A stretch of 64,000 nucleotides of DNA from Haliotis rufescens. Taxonomy: Eukaryota. The position numbers and the translations under genes were made by a program. Below are positions 62,098 through 64,000 of the stretch, piece after piece. The stretch lies in NCBI RefSeq assembly GCF_023055435.1, contig NW_025964223.1:46810001-46874000 (forward strand), given 5' to 3'. A model generated the notes under the pieces. It was not told the DNA's origin, ran no database searches, and saw only the letters and a list, made by a program, of their open reading frames with translations. Position 1 is the first letter of the stretch. Every line of letters starts with the position of its first letter.

Positions 62098-64000
62098 GGT
62101 TGCTTTAAATAAAAGATTGTTTGGAATGAATCTCTTTGTGAAACGTTTTAAAACAGCCTGCAGGAAAGGATGGTGTCTTGTAATCAACTACTTTTGCGTA
62201 AACTGGATTTTAACATTGATGGAGCTATACATGATTTCGTCCATGTTGTCTTAGATTCTGCAGAGTGTATGAGGAAAAGAACTAGAATTATGCATTATCA
62301 CCATACTAAGACCCCATTAAGTGACGAATGTAAGATTGCTAGACGGGATGCTCGAAAAGCATTGAGAACATTAAGACGTACGAGTAGAAGTACTGTTTCT
62401 AATAGAAACATCTACTGCAAAAAGAGAAATCACTTTAATCCTGCTGCAGGAAAAATAAATCTGACTTTAGTGGCTTTAAAAACTTAGTGATACTATTTAC
62501 TCTCCCTCTAAGTTTTGGAAACAAGTACGTTCATTAAAAAAGCAGATAAATAGAAAAGTTAGTATCTCAAAGACTGAGTGGCTTATACATTTTCAACACT
62601 GACAGCGATGTGTTTGACGATATTAATGATGCTTCCTCTTCTTGTTATAATGATGTTGACGAACTTATTTTAGAATCACCCATATCACAGTATGAAATTC
62701 TGGACGCTATAGTACGTCTCAAAAGTGGAAAAGCTGCTTGTCCTGACCATATTGTGGTTGAAATGATCAAATGTTCCAAATTTGAGATGATGCCTTTTCT
62801 CTAAAAATGTTTCAATAAGATGTTTGACAGCGGTATATTCCCCAGAAGCTGGTGTTGTTCGGTAATTATTCCAATACACAAGAAAGGAGTTTAACAACCC
62901 AGACAATTATAGGGGAATATCCTTCATGAGTATTCGTGGAAAGATGTTTACATCAGTGCTTAATTCCAGGGTTACGAATTGGGCTGACATGCGAGATAAG
63001 ATTTCCGAAACTCAACCTGGTTTTAGAAAAAAATGTCAGATCATATATTCACATTATATGCAATAATCCAAAAATGTCTATCACGCCGTAAACACAAAGT
63101 GTATGTAGCCTTTGTCGGTTTTAAAAAAGCTTTTGACTCCGTTGATCGTTATAAACTATGGTATTGTTTAAGAACTATTGGCATCCATGGGAAAATGTCA
63201 TGTATTAAAAGCTATGTATTCAAATATCAAATCGTGTGTACGATGTGGTAACGATGTAACCGATTTCTTTGACTGTCCTGTTGGCTTACGACTAGGATGT
63301 ATCTTGAGCCCGATATTGTTCTCATTTTTTCATTAGTGAATTATATTATGAAATTATGGCTTAGGGTAAACATGGTATTCAATTGTTCCCAAATGTAATA
63401 GACATTTTGATGCTTCTTTTTTAAAATGATGTCATTTTAGTATCCGATTCTTTTGTTGGATTACAAAACAACTTAACACTTTAGAATGTTACTCCAAAGA
63501 GTGGAAACTATAAGTTAATATAACCATGATAAAACACATATTGTCATTTTCAGAAGAGGGGGTCAGGTGTCACTGAATGAAAGATGGCTTTTCGATGGTA
63601 AATGTGTTAATGTTCTGAGCCATTATACATATCTTGGTGTAATGTTTACCCATACAATGAACTTCAAGAAAGGTGTCTCGGTCTTAACATCACGTGCAAA
63701 GAAGGTCATAATCAATGTAATGTCTGTCTCGCAGAAAGTAGGAGACTTTACATAGAATATATTTTCTGAATTATTTGATGCCCAAATTCAACCAGTCCTG
63801 TTATGTGGATCAGAAGTATGGGGATTTTAGCGATACGATTGTCTTGAAAAGCTACATCTTTTAGCCTGTAAAAACTTCTTATCCGTTGGTCCATCAACAC
63901 CCAATTGTATGGTCTATGGCGAGTGTGGCAGATACCCGTTATATATCAACTCCCAAATTAGATGCTTCAAATACTGGTTTAATATTCTTGGAATGCATGA
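62098..64000 (+). mobile_element. Degenerate LINE ORF2/RT region running off the window end
   Basis: LKSGKA, PDNYRGIS, DHIFTLYAIIQK, FKKAFDSVDR, GCILSPILF, YTYLGVMF, with many stops and frameshifts. Confidence 0.85.

Noticed and set aside
60063-62254. Long ORFs (up to 466 aa) rich in Y/I/H/T or C/V/Y
   Set aside because: They are artefacts of a stop-poor microsatellite that is open in many frames on both strands.

Overview
This is eukaryotic (metazoan) genomic DNA: AT-rich, intron-containing and dense in repeats, with one assembly gap. The repeat content and a VWA plus chitin-binding-like gene point to a mollusc, plausibly an abalone-type gastropod (inference). Three host genes can be built by hand from splice sites. 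(1) A 4-exon secreted VWA + chitin-binding-like (Pif/BMSP-like) gene at 20919-25675 (+), about 303 aa. (2) A 7-exon betaine-homocysteine S-methyltransferase-like gene at 29562-36713 (+), about 352 aa. (3) A TMEM45-family gene with a single coding exon at 52088-52960 (-). The rest is mostly transposon-derived: four SINE-like families sharing a 3' tail, an internally deleted Tc1/mariner element, MITE/foldback elements, 5'-truncated (TATC)n-tailed LINEs, degenerate RT fragments, and several mini- and microsatellite arrays. The most interesting signals are: (a) a conserved, non-tRNA pseudoknot-forming RNA at the exact 5' end of an abundant short retroposon, a candidate uncharacterised ribozyme or structured RNA; (b) two tandem arrays that appear to have amplified from the splice donor and the stop-codon region of the same shell-matrix-like gene; (c) a decayed P2X7-C-terminal/nanor-like gene inside an inverted-motif-bounded element next to the TMEM45 promoter. 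Most short ORFs in the supplied track are spurious.
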